DNA of 52,172 nucleotides from a virus (Duplodnaviria; Caudoviricetes): IMG/VR virus record IMGVR_UViG_3300027734_000102, positions 1 to 52,172 of that record; one strand, 5' to 3'. Shown piece by piece: positions 25,452 to 35,571 of this stretch (position 1 is its first letter; each line of letters starts with the position of its first letter). The notes under the pieces were generated by a model. It saw only the letters and a program-made list of their open reading frames with translations, ran no database searches and was not told where the DNA came from. The position numbers and the translations under genes were made by a program.

Positions 25452-26105
25452 GTGAGACTCTCCAAGAGCGATGTTGACATCAAGAGCCTCAGCCAGATTG
25501 GCTGTGGACACATTCACATGTGGGAGGCACCCAACTACGAGTGGTGGGTCCCACTCTCTGGAAGGGAGGAGTGGTACTTCTGGACCCCGAGAGAAGAGCA
25601 ACACTCAGGATCGCTTGAGCTCGACTACACGACAGCGGATGAAGAGATGCGCGACCTCCTGCCGATGCTCCACCGCGCTGGAATTGCGACCATGCCATCG
25701 TGCACGGGACACCGACCAGAGCCTGAGAACATAATGTCGAGGCTCGACGCGATAGATCGATGCTCACAGTTGATCAGAGGGAACGGGCTTCTATTCGAGA
25801 ATGTCGAGAACGGGAGCCTTGGTTTCTACCTAGATCACAATTGGATTCCCCCTGACAAATCTGAGTTGGCGCGAATGGCAACCAGGGATTCAATGGTGGG
25901 TTACCTCGGCATGGTGGACCCCGACAGGACGGGAAAGCTCAAGGAAATCTGCCGTCACATATCGAAGAACAAGAACTGTGGTCCATCCCTCGTGAGGGAC
26001 CAGCGAGGTGACGTGCTCGACTTCACTGTCGTGTGTCCATCCTGGGGAGAGCAGACCAAGTTCTGGAGATCACTCACCAGATTCTGTAATGAACACATCT
26101 GCTGA
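25452..26105 (+). CDS. hypothetical protein
   Basis: 217-aa ORF with TMPSCTGH motif. Confidence 0.65.
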   Translation: MRLSKSDVDIKSLSQIGCGHIHMWEAPNYEWWVPLSGREEWYFWTPREEQHSGSLELDYTTADEEMRDLLPMLHRAGIATMPSCTGHRPEPENIMSRLDAIDRCSQLIRGNGLLFENVENGSLGFYLDHNWIPPDKSELARMATRDSMVGYLGMVDPDRTGKLKEICRHISKNKNCGPSLVRDQRGDVLDFTVVCPSWGEQTKFWRSLTRFCNEHIC

Positions 26106-26146
26106 TTGAGTTACATTCCCACTGAACCCGAAGAACCGGAGTCAAT

Positions 26147-26764
26147 GTGAACATCTTCGTCCTGAACGAGGACCCCGTCCTCGCAGCCCAAGACCACTGT
26201 GACAAGCACGTAGTGAAGATGATCATTGAGTCAGGCCAGATGCTCTGCGCCGCGCACTGGATTGGCTGGCACAAGATGCTCAAGCCTGATTCCAGCATGA
26301 AGCAGAAGGAACAGCGCGAGTGGATGACAGAGCGCATCCACCCTGGCCTGTTGCCTCCCTGGAAGATGACGCATGCTGGCCACCCCTGCACCCAGTGGGC
26401 CCAGCGCTGCTGGGGCAACTACATGTGGCTGAGCCGTCATGGACTTGCGCTGTGTGAGGAGTACACGAAGCGCTATGGCAAGGTCCACAAGAGCCATGAG
26501 GTCCACCGGTGGCTGAACCGCGTGATCCCTCCCACCTTCGAGGGTCACATCGATGATCCCATCGGCATCATGCCCTTTGCGGTTGCGATGCCCGATGAGT
26601 ACAAGGTGCCAGGAGATCCTGTCGAGAGCTATCGAAACTACTACAACTACAGCAAGTCGAGGTTTGCGAAATGGAAGTACACCACGCAGCCGAACTGGTT
26701 CGTGAACTTGAGCTCGAGCCCGGTGATCTCGTCAAGCTCTGGAGCGACTCAGCCCTCGGTGTGA
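26147..26764 (+). CDS. pyrimidine-dimer DNA glycosylase/endonuclease V-like protein
   Basis: MNIFVLNEDP..AAQ.HCDKHVVKMIIESGQML, HPCTQW, EYTKRYGKVH, AMPDEYK, YRNYY. Confidence 0.8.
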   Translation: MNIFVLNEDPVLAAQDHCDKHVVKMIIESGQMLCAAHWIGWHKMLKPDSSMKQKEQREWMTERIHPGLLPPWKMTHAGHPCTQWAQRCWGNYMWLSRHGLALCEEYTKRYGKVHKSHEVHRWLNRVIPPTFEGHIDDPIGIMPFAVAMPDEYKVPGDPVESYRNYYNYSKSRFAKWKYTTQPNWFVNLSSSPVISSSSGATQPSV

Positions 26765-26937
26765 CGATCTACACAGGGTCCAGAAACAACCTGGTCCCCA
26801 CTCGCGTGCCGAAGGGGACCAGGGTGACTTATGTCGGTGGAGCTGACTGCTACTTCATCCAGGCTGGCCAGCGCTGCTGGATTTCCCGAGAGTCAGTGGC
26901 TCTCGTTCACCGTATCAGTGAGCTCACTGCTTCTTAG
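26671..26937 (+). CDS. small SH3/KOW-like hypothetical protein
   Basis: LEPGDLVKLW motif like the 48.7-51.7 kb cluster; overlaps the upstream gene; start uncertain. Confidence 0.45.
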   Translation: MEVHHAAELVRELELEPGDLVKLWSDSALGVTIYTGSRNNLVPTRVPKGTRVTYVGGADCYFIQAGQRCWISRESVALVHRISELTAS

Positions 26938-27454
26938 CGGCATGCATTGACTTCATGACGGCCGCCATGTAGGCCTGACCGACCTGCGCGTCGTCGAGGC
27001 CTTCCTTCCTGCCCTTTGCCAGCATGTTCTTGAAGAGCTTTGACAGGGCAGCCGAGACATCTCCCTGGGCATCCTCTATGAGAGCCTTCGCGATCTCGTA
27101 TTTTGCCTCGTCCATCGTGTCCTTCATGCTGGACATGACCTCATCTGCCGCCTGGCTGACTGATTGGGCTGCCTTATTGACGACTCCCTTGATCGCCGTC
27201 ATGGCCTCAGCCGCCTTCTTACCAGCCGCATCAGCCGCGCCGGCCACCTTCTTCGCGCCGAGGCCACCGAGGTTCGATGCCACCTTGAACATGCTGCCGA
27301 AGAATCCCTCGCGGAGGATTGCCTCCTGCAGCTGGTTGGCCTTCATCTCAAGGGCTATCTCCTCGAGGATCACATCGCGCACCCTGCTCTCTGATATCTT
27401 CTTGCTTCCAACCTTGAGCACGGGCCTCTTGTTCACAATCCTGCGTGTTGCCAT
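26924..27454 (-). CDS. helical protein with tag-like segment
   Basis: GGAGG RBS; KISESRVRDVILEEI and AILREGFFG. Confidence 0.75.
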   Translation of the reverse strand: MATRRIVNKRPVLKVGSKKISESRVRDVILEEIALEMKANQLQEAILREGFFGSMFKVASNLGGLGAKKVAGAADAAGKKAAEAMTAIKGVVNKAAQSVSQAADEVMSSMKDTMDEAKYEIAKALIEDAQGDVSAALSKLFKNMLAKGRKEGLDDAQVGQAYMAAVMKSMHAAKKQ

Positions 27455-27554
27455 AATTGCACCTCCGGAATAACTATCACCGATTGTACAAATTTTCCCT
27501 CACGGTCCTTCCATTCTGCGCGCACCTGATTAATAGAAGACAGGAGGCACCGAG

Positions 27555-28313
27555 ATGCAGAACACCTTCACCACCGCCGAAGTGATCGCCCGCCGCGACG
27601 AGATGATCGAGGCAGGACTCCAGGGACACCGCGATTTCCGCGTGATCGACGCAGGCGCAAACGGCAACCGCCTCGGTGGCCAGTGGGCGAGCTGGCTCGT
27701 GGAGGCGATGAACCGCCCCAGCCCGGTTGCGGCGGCGAACCAGGCCACCGAGCTCGAGACCCTGGCGGCGAATCCCTTCGCGCGGACCGATGCGAACACC
27801 CTCCTCGACTTCGCCCGCCGACTTCGCGCCGGTTACGAGCTCAGCGAGAAGCAGGCGAAGCTCGCGGAATTCATCAAGGTCCGCATCAATGAGCGCGCTG
27901 AGACCAATGAGCCTGAGTACGTCATGACCGCGCGCGACCATGCGCTGGTCCGAGGCCTCAGCGCCAAGAAGCACTATGGCTCGATGTACTACTGGTCCAA
28001 TCGCGCGGCGACATCGAACCGGCTCGACCGCCTCTTCGGCTACTACAGCCAGCATGGCAAGGTCAGCGGTGATGACTTCAAGTACATCCGCGAGCACTTC
28101 AAGGGCGTCGTCGCCACCTGGGACGCCCAGGAATTCAGCAATGGCGGACTGGTGAAGACCCACCATGGGATCGGGATGGTGACTTCCGACTACTCCTTCG
28201 ACCAGTTCGGCCGAATCATGGCCGATGTGCTGGTCAATGGCGCGGTAGTCGCCTGCCAGGTCGACGAACTCCGACCGGCGATGCGTCGCAGCCGAAAGAC
28301 CAAGGAGAGCTGA
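27555..28313 (+). CDS. hypothetical protein (GC-rich gene)
   Basis: AGGAGG RBS, 252 aa. Confidence 0.8.
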   Translation: MQNTFTTAEVIARRDEMIEAGLQGHRDFRVIDAGANGNRLGGQWASWLVEAMNRPSPVAAANQATELETLAANPFARTDANTLLDFARRLRAGYELSEKQAKLAEFIKVRINERAETNEPEYVMTARDHALVRGLSAKKHYGSMYYWSNRAATSNRLDRLFGYYSQHGKVSGDDFKYIREHFKGVVATWDAQEFSNGGLVKTHHGIGMVTSDYSFDQFGRIMADVLVNGAVVACQVDELRPAMRRSRKTKES

Positions 28314-28325
28314 ATACTTAGTGGC

Positions 28326-29549
28326 ATGGCCACATACGAAGAGCACCTCCTGCGAGAGGTAATTGCACTAGAGATCAGGACATACTACGCATACCACCCC
28401 TCGCCCAGTGAGCTCGTGCTCCGGGAGGGGCTCTCTGACTTTTTAGGAAAAGTCAAGGGCTTCGCGTCCAACATGGCTCAGAAGTTCTCAGACGGCTGGG
28501 AAGCGGTCACGAGCACCGTGAAGGGCATGATCGACACCGTGAAAGAGGCTGCCGTCGAGAAGCTAAAGTCCGCGTTCGAGAAGCTCAAGCAGATCTACGA
28601 GAAGGTGAAGGAAAGCCTCGGAAGCTTCTTCAATAGTCCAGACGTGAAGAGCTTCACTGGAAAGTACCTGAAGGACGAGGTGAAGCTCGCCGCAGAGATC
28701 AAGCAGACACTCGAGAGCGAGGACGCACCGTGCGCCCAGGCTGCGCTCAAGAGCATGGGCGAGAAAGCAAAGTCCTCTGATGCGGGTATCAAGGAAGGAA
28801 GAATCCGGCCTGGACGGGACCACAGGGCGGTGGCGCTGCTAGAGGCTGACATCAGGCATGGAAATCTCCGCCAGAGACAAGTCATCACCGAAGCGCTCTT
28901 GCCAGACCCGGTCAACACCTTCCTCCTCGCCATCGGTGGTCTCCCTCTGCTCTTCAAGGGACTTGAGAAGGCTTTCGAATACCTAGCCAACAAGTCCTGC
29001 GCAGCGTGGGCGAAGAAGGCGCAGAAGTACTCCAACGCTCTATACAAGTACTTCCACCACAAGGAAGAGGCCTTCATAGACCTGATTCCGAACTCTTTAG
29101 CAGTCAGATTCTATGGAGTCTATATCAAGGCTGGCGGAGATCCATTTGCTGAAGAGAGCTCTGCGAATGTGGTGCATGAGTCTTACCAGCTTTCAGAGTT
29201 CTTCTGGGGCAAGAAGAAAGAGGAAGACCGCGGACCATCACAGGACAACGAGCAGCCAAGCACGGCCAAAGTCAAGGGAAAGTTTGGTTCGACCAGCAAC
29301 GTCACTGTGAAGACTCTCGAGGAGAACAAGGCGCTCCGGATGAAGATCAAGAACGCAATGTACCACTTCCTCGTCATGTTACTTCTCTTCGAGGGAATCT
29401 ACACGCTGTTCAAGAAGGGATTCTCGGCCTTCTACACCTTCAAGTCTTCAGTGAAAAGCGCTGAGCTCGCCGCTGGCCGTGGGGCCGAAGCGGCGGCTGA
29501 GCTTGGATTTGCTGGCATCGCCTCTAGAACGGCGAGGTCAGCAGTCTAA
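28326..29549 (+). CDS. helical protein with tag-like N-terminus and hydrophobic segments
   Basis: EEHLLREVIALE, LVLREGLSDFL; 407 aa. Confidence 0.75.
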   Translation: MATYEEHLLREVIALEIRTYYAYHPSPSELVLREGLSDFLGKVKGFASNMAQKFSDGWEAVTSTVKGMIDTVKEAAVEKLKSAFEKLKQIYEKVKESLGSFFNSPDVKSFTGKYLKDEVKLAAEIKQTLESEDAPCAQAALKSMGEKAKSSDAGIKEGRIRPGRDHRAVALLEADIRHGNLRQRQVITEALLPDPVNTFLLAIGGLPLLFKGLEKAFEYLANKSCAAWAKKAQKYSNALYKYFHHKEEAFIDLIPNSLAVRFYGVYIKAGGDPFAEESSANVVHESYQLSEFFWGKKKEEDRGPSQDNEQPSTAKVKGKFGSTSNVTVKTLEENKALRMKIKNAMYHFLVMLLLFEGIYTLFKKGFSAFYTFKSSVKSAELAAGRGAEAAAELGFAGIASRTARSAV

Positions 29550-30254
29550 TCACGAGATCTTCACACCGCGGATCGAGAACGGGAGCTTGAGATCCCAGTT
29601 GTCGACCTTGATGAGCTCGAGGATCGCATCCTGACGATACACGGTCTTCTGGACAAGGGCGTTGCTGTTGCCAGCAAGCCAAGCACGGCGGGCATTGAGA
29701 TATGCCTTGATCCACGCCTTCTCGTCTCCGCCGTTCTTCGGTGACTTCTCGGGGAATGCAGCACGGTGAGTCGCCACTCTACCTGGACCCGAGTGGATGC
29801 AGGTGTCGTATATCACTAGGAGGCCCAGCGCAGTCGTGAGGCCAGCATCCTTCGCGTGGTTGACGGCAGGTAGGAAGTAGTTCGCGTCGAACACTTCGTC
29901 CTGTGCCTCGTGCATGATTGGATCTGCACCTGCAGTCTTCAGCAGGTTGACGAGGCTCGTGACCTCGGGACCCCACGGACCCTTGGGCGGGACCTTGGTG
30001 GAGGCGTTTGTGGCGAGGAGCGGAAGGCAGGCCTCGAGCTCCTTGGCGTGCTTGCCGCCCTTCTTGATGTAGGCCTTCACCACGAGGTCAAGCGAGCCAG
30101 CCTTGTCGGTGCACTGGTGCTTGCCATAGCTTATTCCGGCGCCGTCGGCCAGGATGGTGCAGGTGGCGTAGCTAGCCGCCGTGGGAACCTTGCCTGTCTC
30201 AAAGATAGCGAGGACGCAGTCAATTGCTTTCTTCTGGTCTGGTGTATAGTTCAT
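29550..30254 (-). CDS. GH46 chitosanase-like lysozyme-fold hydrolase (candidate endolysin)
   Basis: AIFETG, ILADGAGISYG..Q.T, AQDEVFD..YFLPA, IYDT.IHSG, YLNARR. Confidence 0.75.
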   Translation of the reverse strand: MNYTPDQKKAIDCVLAIFETGKVPTAASYATCTILADGAGISYGKHQCTDKAGSLDLVVKAYIKKGGKHAKELEACLPLLATNASTKVPPKGPWGPEVTSLVNLLKTAGADPIMHEAQDEVFDANYFLPAVNHAKDAGLTTALGLLVIYDTCIHSGPGRVATHRAAFPEKSPKNGGDEKAWIKAYLNARRAWLAGNSNALVQKTVYRQDAILELIKVDNWDLKLPFSIRGVKIS

Positions 30255-30333
30255 TGTCTCTCCTTCGGGTTGTTTGACGAATACAGAAATGGCGCTGCGA
30301 AATCACAGCGCCACTCTTCAAAAGGCAGTTCCT

Positions 30334-31425
30334 CTACTTTATGAGTCCTGCCAACTTGTTCCAGCGCTCCATGATCACGGCATCTTGCTTTTGCCTGGAC
30401 TCAGAATTTACGCCTTTTATGAAAGCTGGCTTAAAATTGACTTCTCCCTGATCCAACATAGAGAGAACAGTATCAACTCCGCCACCTGCTTGATCAAGCT
30501 GTGGCATGTCCAGTCTAGGTGGAGATCCTGCTGCTGGCTGCTTCATCTGGGCTAGATTTCCTGCCATGAATTCTGCTATGCCTTCACAGATCTTTTGCTT
30601 TGCAGCCGAGTCTGATCCACCAGACTCAATGAACTTATCAGCAGAAGACTTATCGATGTTTGCTTCCTTGACTAGCTTATCATCGCCAGCAACAGCCTCA
30701 ACCACATTGTTGTTGAGTATTTCTTTGCCCTTCTCGTTTGGCTTTCCAATGCTCTTGATGATCAAATCCTTGATTGCATCTTTGCTCTTGCCAAGGATGT
30801 TTAGCTCTCCTGCTTTTGCGTCTGGAACCTTCGCGTTTGGCTTTGAGGCTGCGATTGCGAGCTGGGCTATGGCTAGAAGCTCTGGGGCTGACTTTCCAGT
30901 GATTTGAAGATCATATGCTGCAATTTGACCGTCTGGACCCGCAGTAGACATGAAAGAAGACCAGCGGTGATGACCGTCAATGATGATGTTACCACAGGTG
31001 ATAATGTGATCATTTCCCGGTGGCCCCACCTTTTGAACTCCACCAGACCTGGTTTTCGCCATAGCGCCTGGCTCGACTAGCGGATAGCTTACAGAATTCA
31101 TGAACTCGATTTCGCTCTGCGTGGGCTGCAGGTCTCCAACTCTTTTACCAGCATCGGTGAAGGGAATCTTTTCGTCAACCTTTGCACCATCTTTTTCTCC
31201 AGCCGCCAAGAATGCTCTTACTTTTGGATCAGATCCTGGCCCGTTCAAAAATTTCTTCATTGTGCCAGGGCCCTCGCTCGGGTCTGGCATGTCAGAAAGA
31301 ATATCAGAGATTCTCTCCTTATCGCTTTCTTCGAAAAGAACGCTAACGAGCGATGGCGTCCTGGTCTTCTTGCGACCAAGCTCTTCAGCGATAATCTTCC
31401 TCAGCGTCATTCTAGAAATTGTCAT
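30334..31425 (-). CDS. tag-bearing ParB/Srx-like domain protein
   Basis: MTISRMTLRKIIAEE; LQPTQ and IIDGHHRW motifs; ends IMERWNKLAGLIK. Confidence 0.75.
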   Translation of the reverse strand: MTISRMTLRKIIAEELGRKKTRTPSLVSVLFEESDKERISDILSDMPDPSEGPGTMKKFLNGPGSDPKVRAFLAAGEKDGAKVDEKIPFTDAGKRVGDLQPTQSEIEFMNSVSYPLVEPGAMAKTRSGGVQKVGPPGNDHIITCGNIIIDGHHRWSSFMSTAGPDGQIAAYDLQITGKSAPELLAIAQLAIAASKPNAKVPDAKAGELNILGKSKDAIKDLIIKSIGKPNEKGKEILNNNVVEAVAGDDKLVKEANIDKSSADKFIESGGSDSAAKQKICEGIAEFMAGNLAQMKQPAAGSPPRLDMPQLDQAGGGVDTVLSMLDQGEVNFKPAFIKGVNSESRQKQDAVIMERWNKLAGLIK

Positions 31426-31484
31426 TGAAACTCCGAATTGCTATCGCGATTAACTATACTAGACCCTCTTATTCTTCCACTGCT

Positions 31485-32090
31485 CTACTTCGGTTCCCAC
31501 CCTTTGAACCTGATCTTGCCCAGCTCCATGAGCCGCCTGATGAATGGCAGCCCCTTCTTGACGTAGACCTTGGCGAGCGGATCATCCCACCAGTTGTCGT
31601 AGAGCATCTCAGTCTTTGGTATCTCCACGTCACAGTTGTCATAGAGGTCTGGCGTGCGCTCGTTCTCTGGGGAGTCCATACCGAACTTCTTGACGTCAGG
31701 TCGATTCCTGTCGTAGTAGTCCCACACATTCCTCGCCTCACCCGATACCTCGCTGCGATCGGCATAGAGACCTCCGCCAATCTCACTGGCGACCTCCATT
31801 GCAATGTCGTAGAGGAGAGGACCAATTCCTTGTACGCCCGAGTTGGTAGACATCTTGACCTGGAAAGCATCGAAGCAGGGCTCTGACATGTAGGTGTTGT
31901 TGTTCGCCCTCAGATAGCCAGAGTACGCGCCATTCACTCCGCTTATGTTCACGATTATGAGGCGGCTTCCACTGGAGCTCCTGGTGACCTCGAGGTCGAC
32001 CATCGCCCCATCAGGCAGCGTGTCAGGAGTGTATGCGGCTTCCCGGAGGAGCATTTCACGTATGAGCGCGCGGATAGATGTCGAGTCCAT
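31485..32090 (-). CDS. tag-bearing GNAT-like protein (family A)
   Basis: SIRALIREMLLRE; GIGPLLYDIAME, LYADRSEVSGEARNVWDYY. Confidence 0.75.
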   Translation of the reverse strand: MDSTSIRALIREMLLREAAYTPDTLPDGAMVDLEVTRSSSGSRLIIVNISGVNGAYSGYLRANNNTYMSEPCFDAFQVKMSTNSGVQGIGPLLYDIAMEVASEIGGGLYADRSEVSGEARNVWDYYDRNRPDVKKFGMDSPENERTPDLYDNCDVEIPKTEMLYDNWWDDPLAKVYVKKGLPFIRRLMELGKIRFKGWEPK

Positions 32091-32094
32091 TGCT

Positions 32095-32805
32095 CTAAGT
32101 ATTATGTATCAGCTGGATATAATCGATGGGAACCGGAGATGTTCCGACCACCTGGTACCATCCAACCTTTCCTCGGTCCAGAGTCTGCGCAACATCAGAC
32201 ATCTTGATCCCGAGCTCCCACACGTCCCTTCCACCAGAATCAGCGGCTATTCCCATTGCGTCTTCAGGATCGCTGGTCAGGAAGATGCCAGGAGGAACAG
32301 TGCTGGCGTTCGTGTAAATGCTTCGGTCTCTAACTGGTCTCGCGGTGTAGAGCGTGATGATTCTGTCAGAGCGCGACGTGCTTCCAGGAGATCTCATCTC
32401 AGAGACTAGGTGCAAGTAGTCAGCCATCTCCTCAGGAGATCGGAAATCTTCCTTGTCCTCGAGGACGTCCTCAATGTCTCTGTCTGAGAGAATCGTGAAG
32501 AAGGCTGAGCCCACATAGACCTGGGGAATGGCATAGGGCTGTTCGCTCCACTCCCTTGGAACTTGCATCTTCACACGCACTGCAGAGCCAAACCACCGTG
32601 GAATCCGATCAACAGCAGACTGGACTTGCATCGCCAGAGATCTGAGCTCAGAAGTGAACTTATTCACGAACTCATCGACATACTCTTCAAGTGGAACAGC
32701 ATCCATGACCTGATCAGTCAAACCCGTTGTATCGATAGCCACTCGAGCTGACTCTAGCATCAGAAATTCTCTGACTAACATGCGCACAGAGCTACTATTC
32801 GCCAT
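32095..32805 (-). CDS. tag-bearing protein, possible C-terminal ART-like fold
   Basis: SVRMLVREFLMLE; ITLYTAR...GIFLTSDPEDA...VWEL. Confidence 0.7.
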   Translation of the reverse strand: MANSSSVRMLVREFLMLESARVAIDTTGLTDQVMDAVPLEEYVDEFVNKFTSELRSLAMQVQSAVDRIPRWFGSAVRVKMQVPREWSEQPYAIPQVYVGSAFFTILSDRDIEDVLEDKEDFRSPEEMADYLHLVSEMRSPGSTSRSDRIITLYTARPVRDRSIYTNASTVPPGIFLTSDPEDAMGIAADSGGRDVWELGIKMSDVAQTLDRGKVGWYQVVGTSPVPIDYIQLIHNT

Positions 32806-32809
32806 GGTC

Positions 32810-33589
32810 TTACGCACTTCTACCCCCTAGGGCAGCCTCGATCTTCTCTTTGGGTATCTCTTTCATCTCCCAGTCGTATACTGGAAGGCCAAGTTCAAGG
32901 ATCACCTCAGCGTATCGAGTGTTGATGAAATTTCCCTTGTTGACGTCGTCCTTCACAATACCCGGAAACCCAATCAGGTCGACGATGATGCCCACCGGTT
33001 TCCAGTTGTCGACGATGAACTCACTGCGACGGGACTCATATGGATCGAAAGAGTCCCTATCAAGGATGTACTTGCCACTTCCGCCGCCCCAGGCCTCGGG
33101 CCCCCTGAAAGAGAGGGGACGCTTTGGGACGCCTGAAGATGCGTACTTCTTTAGTGCCTCTGGTGGAGCCTGCCCGTGGTACCCGCTGTTCACAGTGTTC
33201 ATGTCGTTCGAGGCAAGAGTTGTCCTGCCCTTCACGATGACTCCGACAGTGCCCCATGAGCTTGAGAACTTGTTTGAACCCGGGAGGTATCCGCTCGTTG
33301 AGATCTCGTTCTTTCCTGAGAGATTGAGGAAGTTCCTCAGCTTGTTCTCCCAATCGAGGCCACCGGTCCAGTGGATTTTGATGAGGGAGTCGATGAATCT
33401 GTGGTCAGCCTCGGCAGCCCATGCCCTTTTCACATCCCTCGCCATTGGCTTGTTGACGAGGCTTCCCTGCCGAGGGTCCTCAAAGGTGGGATCGTCGAGG
33501 TTAGCCATGTAGTCGATGCCCTTCGTGCGGGACTGGAATCCTTTGAGATCCTCGAGAAGAATTTCACGGACTAATTTGCGAAGCTGCAT
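32810..33589 (-). CDS. tag-bearing protein (family B)
   Basis: MQLRKLVREILLE; WAAEADHRF, KIHW, NEISTSGY, SSGVPKRP, SEFIVDNW. Confidence 0.8.
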   Translation of the reverse strand: MQLRKLVREILLEDLKGFQSRTKGIDYMANLDDPTFEDPRQGSLVNKPMARDVKRAWAAEADHRFIDSLIKIHWTGGLDWENKLRNFLNLSGKNEISTSGYLPGSNKFSSSWGTVGVIVKGRTTLASNDMNTVNSGYHGQAPPEALKKYASSGVPKRPLSFRGPEAWGGGSGKYILDRDSFDPYESRRSEFIVDNWKPVGIIVDLIGFPGIVKDDVNKGNFINTRYAEVILELGLPVYDWEMKEIPKEKIEAALGGRSA

Positions 33590-34835
33590 TGAGCCACTCC
33601 TTTGCGAGGTTAGATTGCTTTCTCTTCATGTAAGGGATCTTGAATTCTTCGATAGTCTGGAAGATCTGGGTCCACATCTCACCCTTTGTCATTGGTGACC
33701 TTCCTTCAAACTCCCGCCACTTGTTGGGACTAGTGTGGTCGAGGACATCCTTGAGTGTGTTGTAGGTCGATTCCGTGAGGACGAAACCGATGGGCTTCCA
33801 ATTGTCGACCAGGAACTCATTGTATCCCTGTTCATCGGGTCTGAAGGAATCCTCATCGAGGATGTAGCCTGCGCCCTCGAAGGTGTCCCTGTAGGACTGG
33901 GGCCTCTTGGGGACCCCAGAGTGCCTGTACTTCCACATCCTTGAGAACTGTCCGGGGCCGGAGAAGTATCCGGTGTAGAGTCTGTTCATGTCGTTGTGGG
34001 CGATGGTGGTCCTGCCTTGGAGCTGGAATCCGGCGCCACCCCAGCCCCAGTTGGTGTAGGGAGGCTTCAGGTATCCCATGGTGGAGATCTCGTCCTTCCT
34101 GCCGCTACTGAGGAACTTCCTCATCTTTTCTGGGTTGATGTCCTTCATCCAGTGGATCTTGGTGACGGATTCCATAAACTGATGGTCGGCTTCCTCCTTC
34201 CAGGCGGTCTTGAGTGCCCTTGCATTCTTTCGAGCTTCACGATCTTCCTCGAAAGTGGGGTCTTTCTCGATGTCAATTCTGTACTCATGGGATGCCGCCT
34301 TCTTTCTGAAGCCCGTCAGGTCCTCACTGAGGATTGACCTGATGAGGTTGCGGACCAGGGACTCACCCATCGCCATGGACCAGAATTTGTCCTGAGCCCT
34401 CTTGCTACAGTAGGTCTCCACGACCTCCGCCATGGGAACTTTCATGTAACCCAGTTCCTCAAGCCCGTATCCAATCATGATCATGCTCTCGGGTTCATAC
34501 CCGAATTTTCCCGCGCATGGAGCCGCAATCTCTGACCAAGTGTCCCAAGCGCGCTGGTCGAGAGTATCGGGGTCTTCCATCTCGATGCTGCTCATTGAGG
34601 AGACCCGTAGCCAACCAGACTTCAAGAGAGCGTCCTGTGCATCTATTATTTCGTCATCCAAGCGTATGAAGTCGTCTCGATCGAAGCCCGGATTGAGATG
34701 CATGTACGCCCATGTCGGATGGGTGAAGCTGTCGTCGATCCAGTGCGTCACACCGGTTGGCTCCACCCACGCGAGGCTCCCCATCGAGTTGCATATGCGA
34801 TTTGTGGATGGTGCTGGCCTGTCTATCGTCGTCAC
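33564..34835 (-). CDS. two-module protein: WxxPxG module + internal tag + family B domain
   Basis: AWVEPTG...GWLRVS; ESLVRNLIRSILSE; EADHQF, KIHW, DEISTMGY, NEFLVDNW. Confidence 0.8.
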   Translation of the reverse strand: MTTIDRPAPSTNRICNSMGSLAWVEPTGVTHWIDDSFTHPTWAYMHLNPGFDRDDFIRLDDEIIDAQDALLKSGWLRVSSMSSIEMEDPDTLDQRAWDTWSEIAAPCAGKFGYEPESMIMIGYGLEELGYMKVPMAEVVETYCSKRAQDKFWSMAMGESLVRNLIRSILSEDLTGFRKKAASHEYRIDIEKDPTFEEDREARKNARALKTAWKEEADHQFMESVTKIHWMKDINPEKMRKFLSSGRKDEISTMGYLKPPYTNWGWGGAGFQLQGRTTIAHNDMNRLYTGYFSGPGQFSRMWKYRHSGVPKRPQSYRDTFEGAGYILDEDSFRPDEQGYNEFLVDNWKPIGFVLTESTYNTLKDVLDHTSPNKWREFEGRSPMTKGEMWTQIFQTIEEFKIPYMKRKQSNLAKEWLNAASQISP

Positions 34836-34875
34836 TTATCCGCTCCTTCCAGCGCTAGGACCTTCAGTTGTCTTA

Positions 34876-35571
34876 TCACCAGAGTACCTCATACTTCAGA
34901 CCGAGCTCCTCAGCGTACTCAGCCTCTTCTTGTGGCCCATAGCATGTGTCCACGACCCAGTTGTCTATGACCACTTCCTCAAGGTCGTAGCTGAACGCCC
35001 CTTCCTCGTCTATCGGAAAGTCGCTGTCGGGCGACAGGGCGGAAGGTCTCTTTGCGAGTCCTGAGCCCTTCATCCTCTCGATGTCTTTCGGTGTCGCCTT
35101 GCTGAGCCTCTCAGTGGCTGCGTCCTGCGTAGAGACGAGGGTGACACGGTACTTCTTGAAGGTGAAGTAGGGGCCGGTCGCAAATCCTATGAAGTCCTTT
35201 GGATTTGCCGGGGGAATGTATCCGAAGCAGCTTAGCTCATTCCTGCTGGGGATGTGGATGCCCGGTATCCTTCCTGGCGTGACCTTTCCCTCTGGGAAGT
35301 AGTCAGTGAGAGAGCTACCTCCCGAATAGAGTCCGAGGAAGTGGATCACCTGCATCTTCTTCGGGTCCTGGAAGAAGGCGTGGTCAGCGAATCGGTTCCA
35401 GGACTTCTTGATCTTCCTCCTGTAGTCGGTGGTGGCCCTGTCGCCGTACTTGAGCCCACCACCCTCAGAGTCGTCTGTGTCGACGTCCGGACCTGGGATC
35501 CTTCTTCCACGTGTGATGTCAGCCAGGGTCTTCTCCTGCAGTAGCATCTCCCTGATCAGATGTCTTATCAT
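34876..35571 (-). CDS. tag-bearing protein (family B)
   Basis: MIRHLIREMLLQE; close paralog of 8390..9259 (FFQDP, NELSC, FTFKKYR, EVVIDNW). Confidence 0.8.
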   Translation of the reverse strand: MIRHLIREMLLQEKTLADITRGRRIPGPDVDTDDSEGGGLKYGDRATTDYRRKIKKSWNRFADHAFFQDPKKMQVIHFLGLYSGGSSLTDYFPEGKVTPGRIPGIHIPSRNELSCFGYIPPANPKDFIGFATGPYFTFKKYRVTLVSTQDAATERLSKATPKDIERMKGSGLAKRPSALSPDSDFPIDEEGAFSYDLEEVVIDNWVVDTCYGPQEEAEYAEELGLKYEVLW

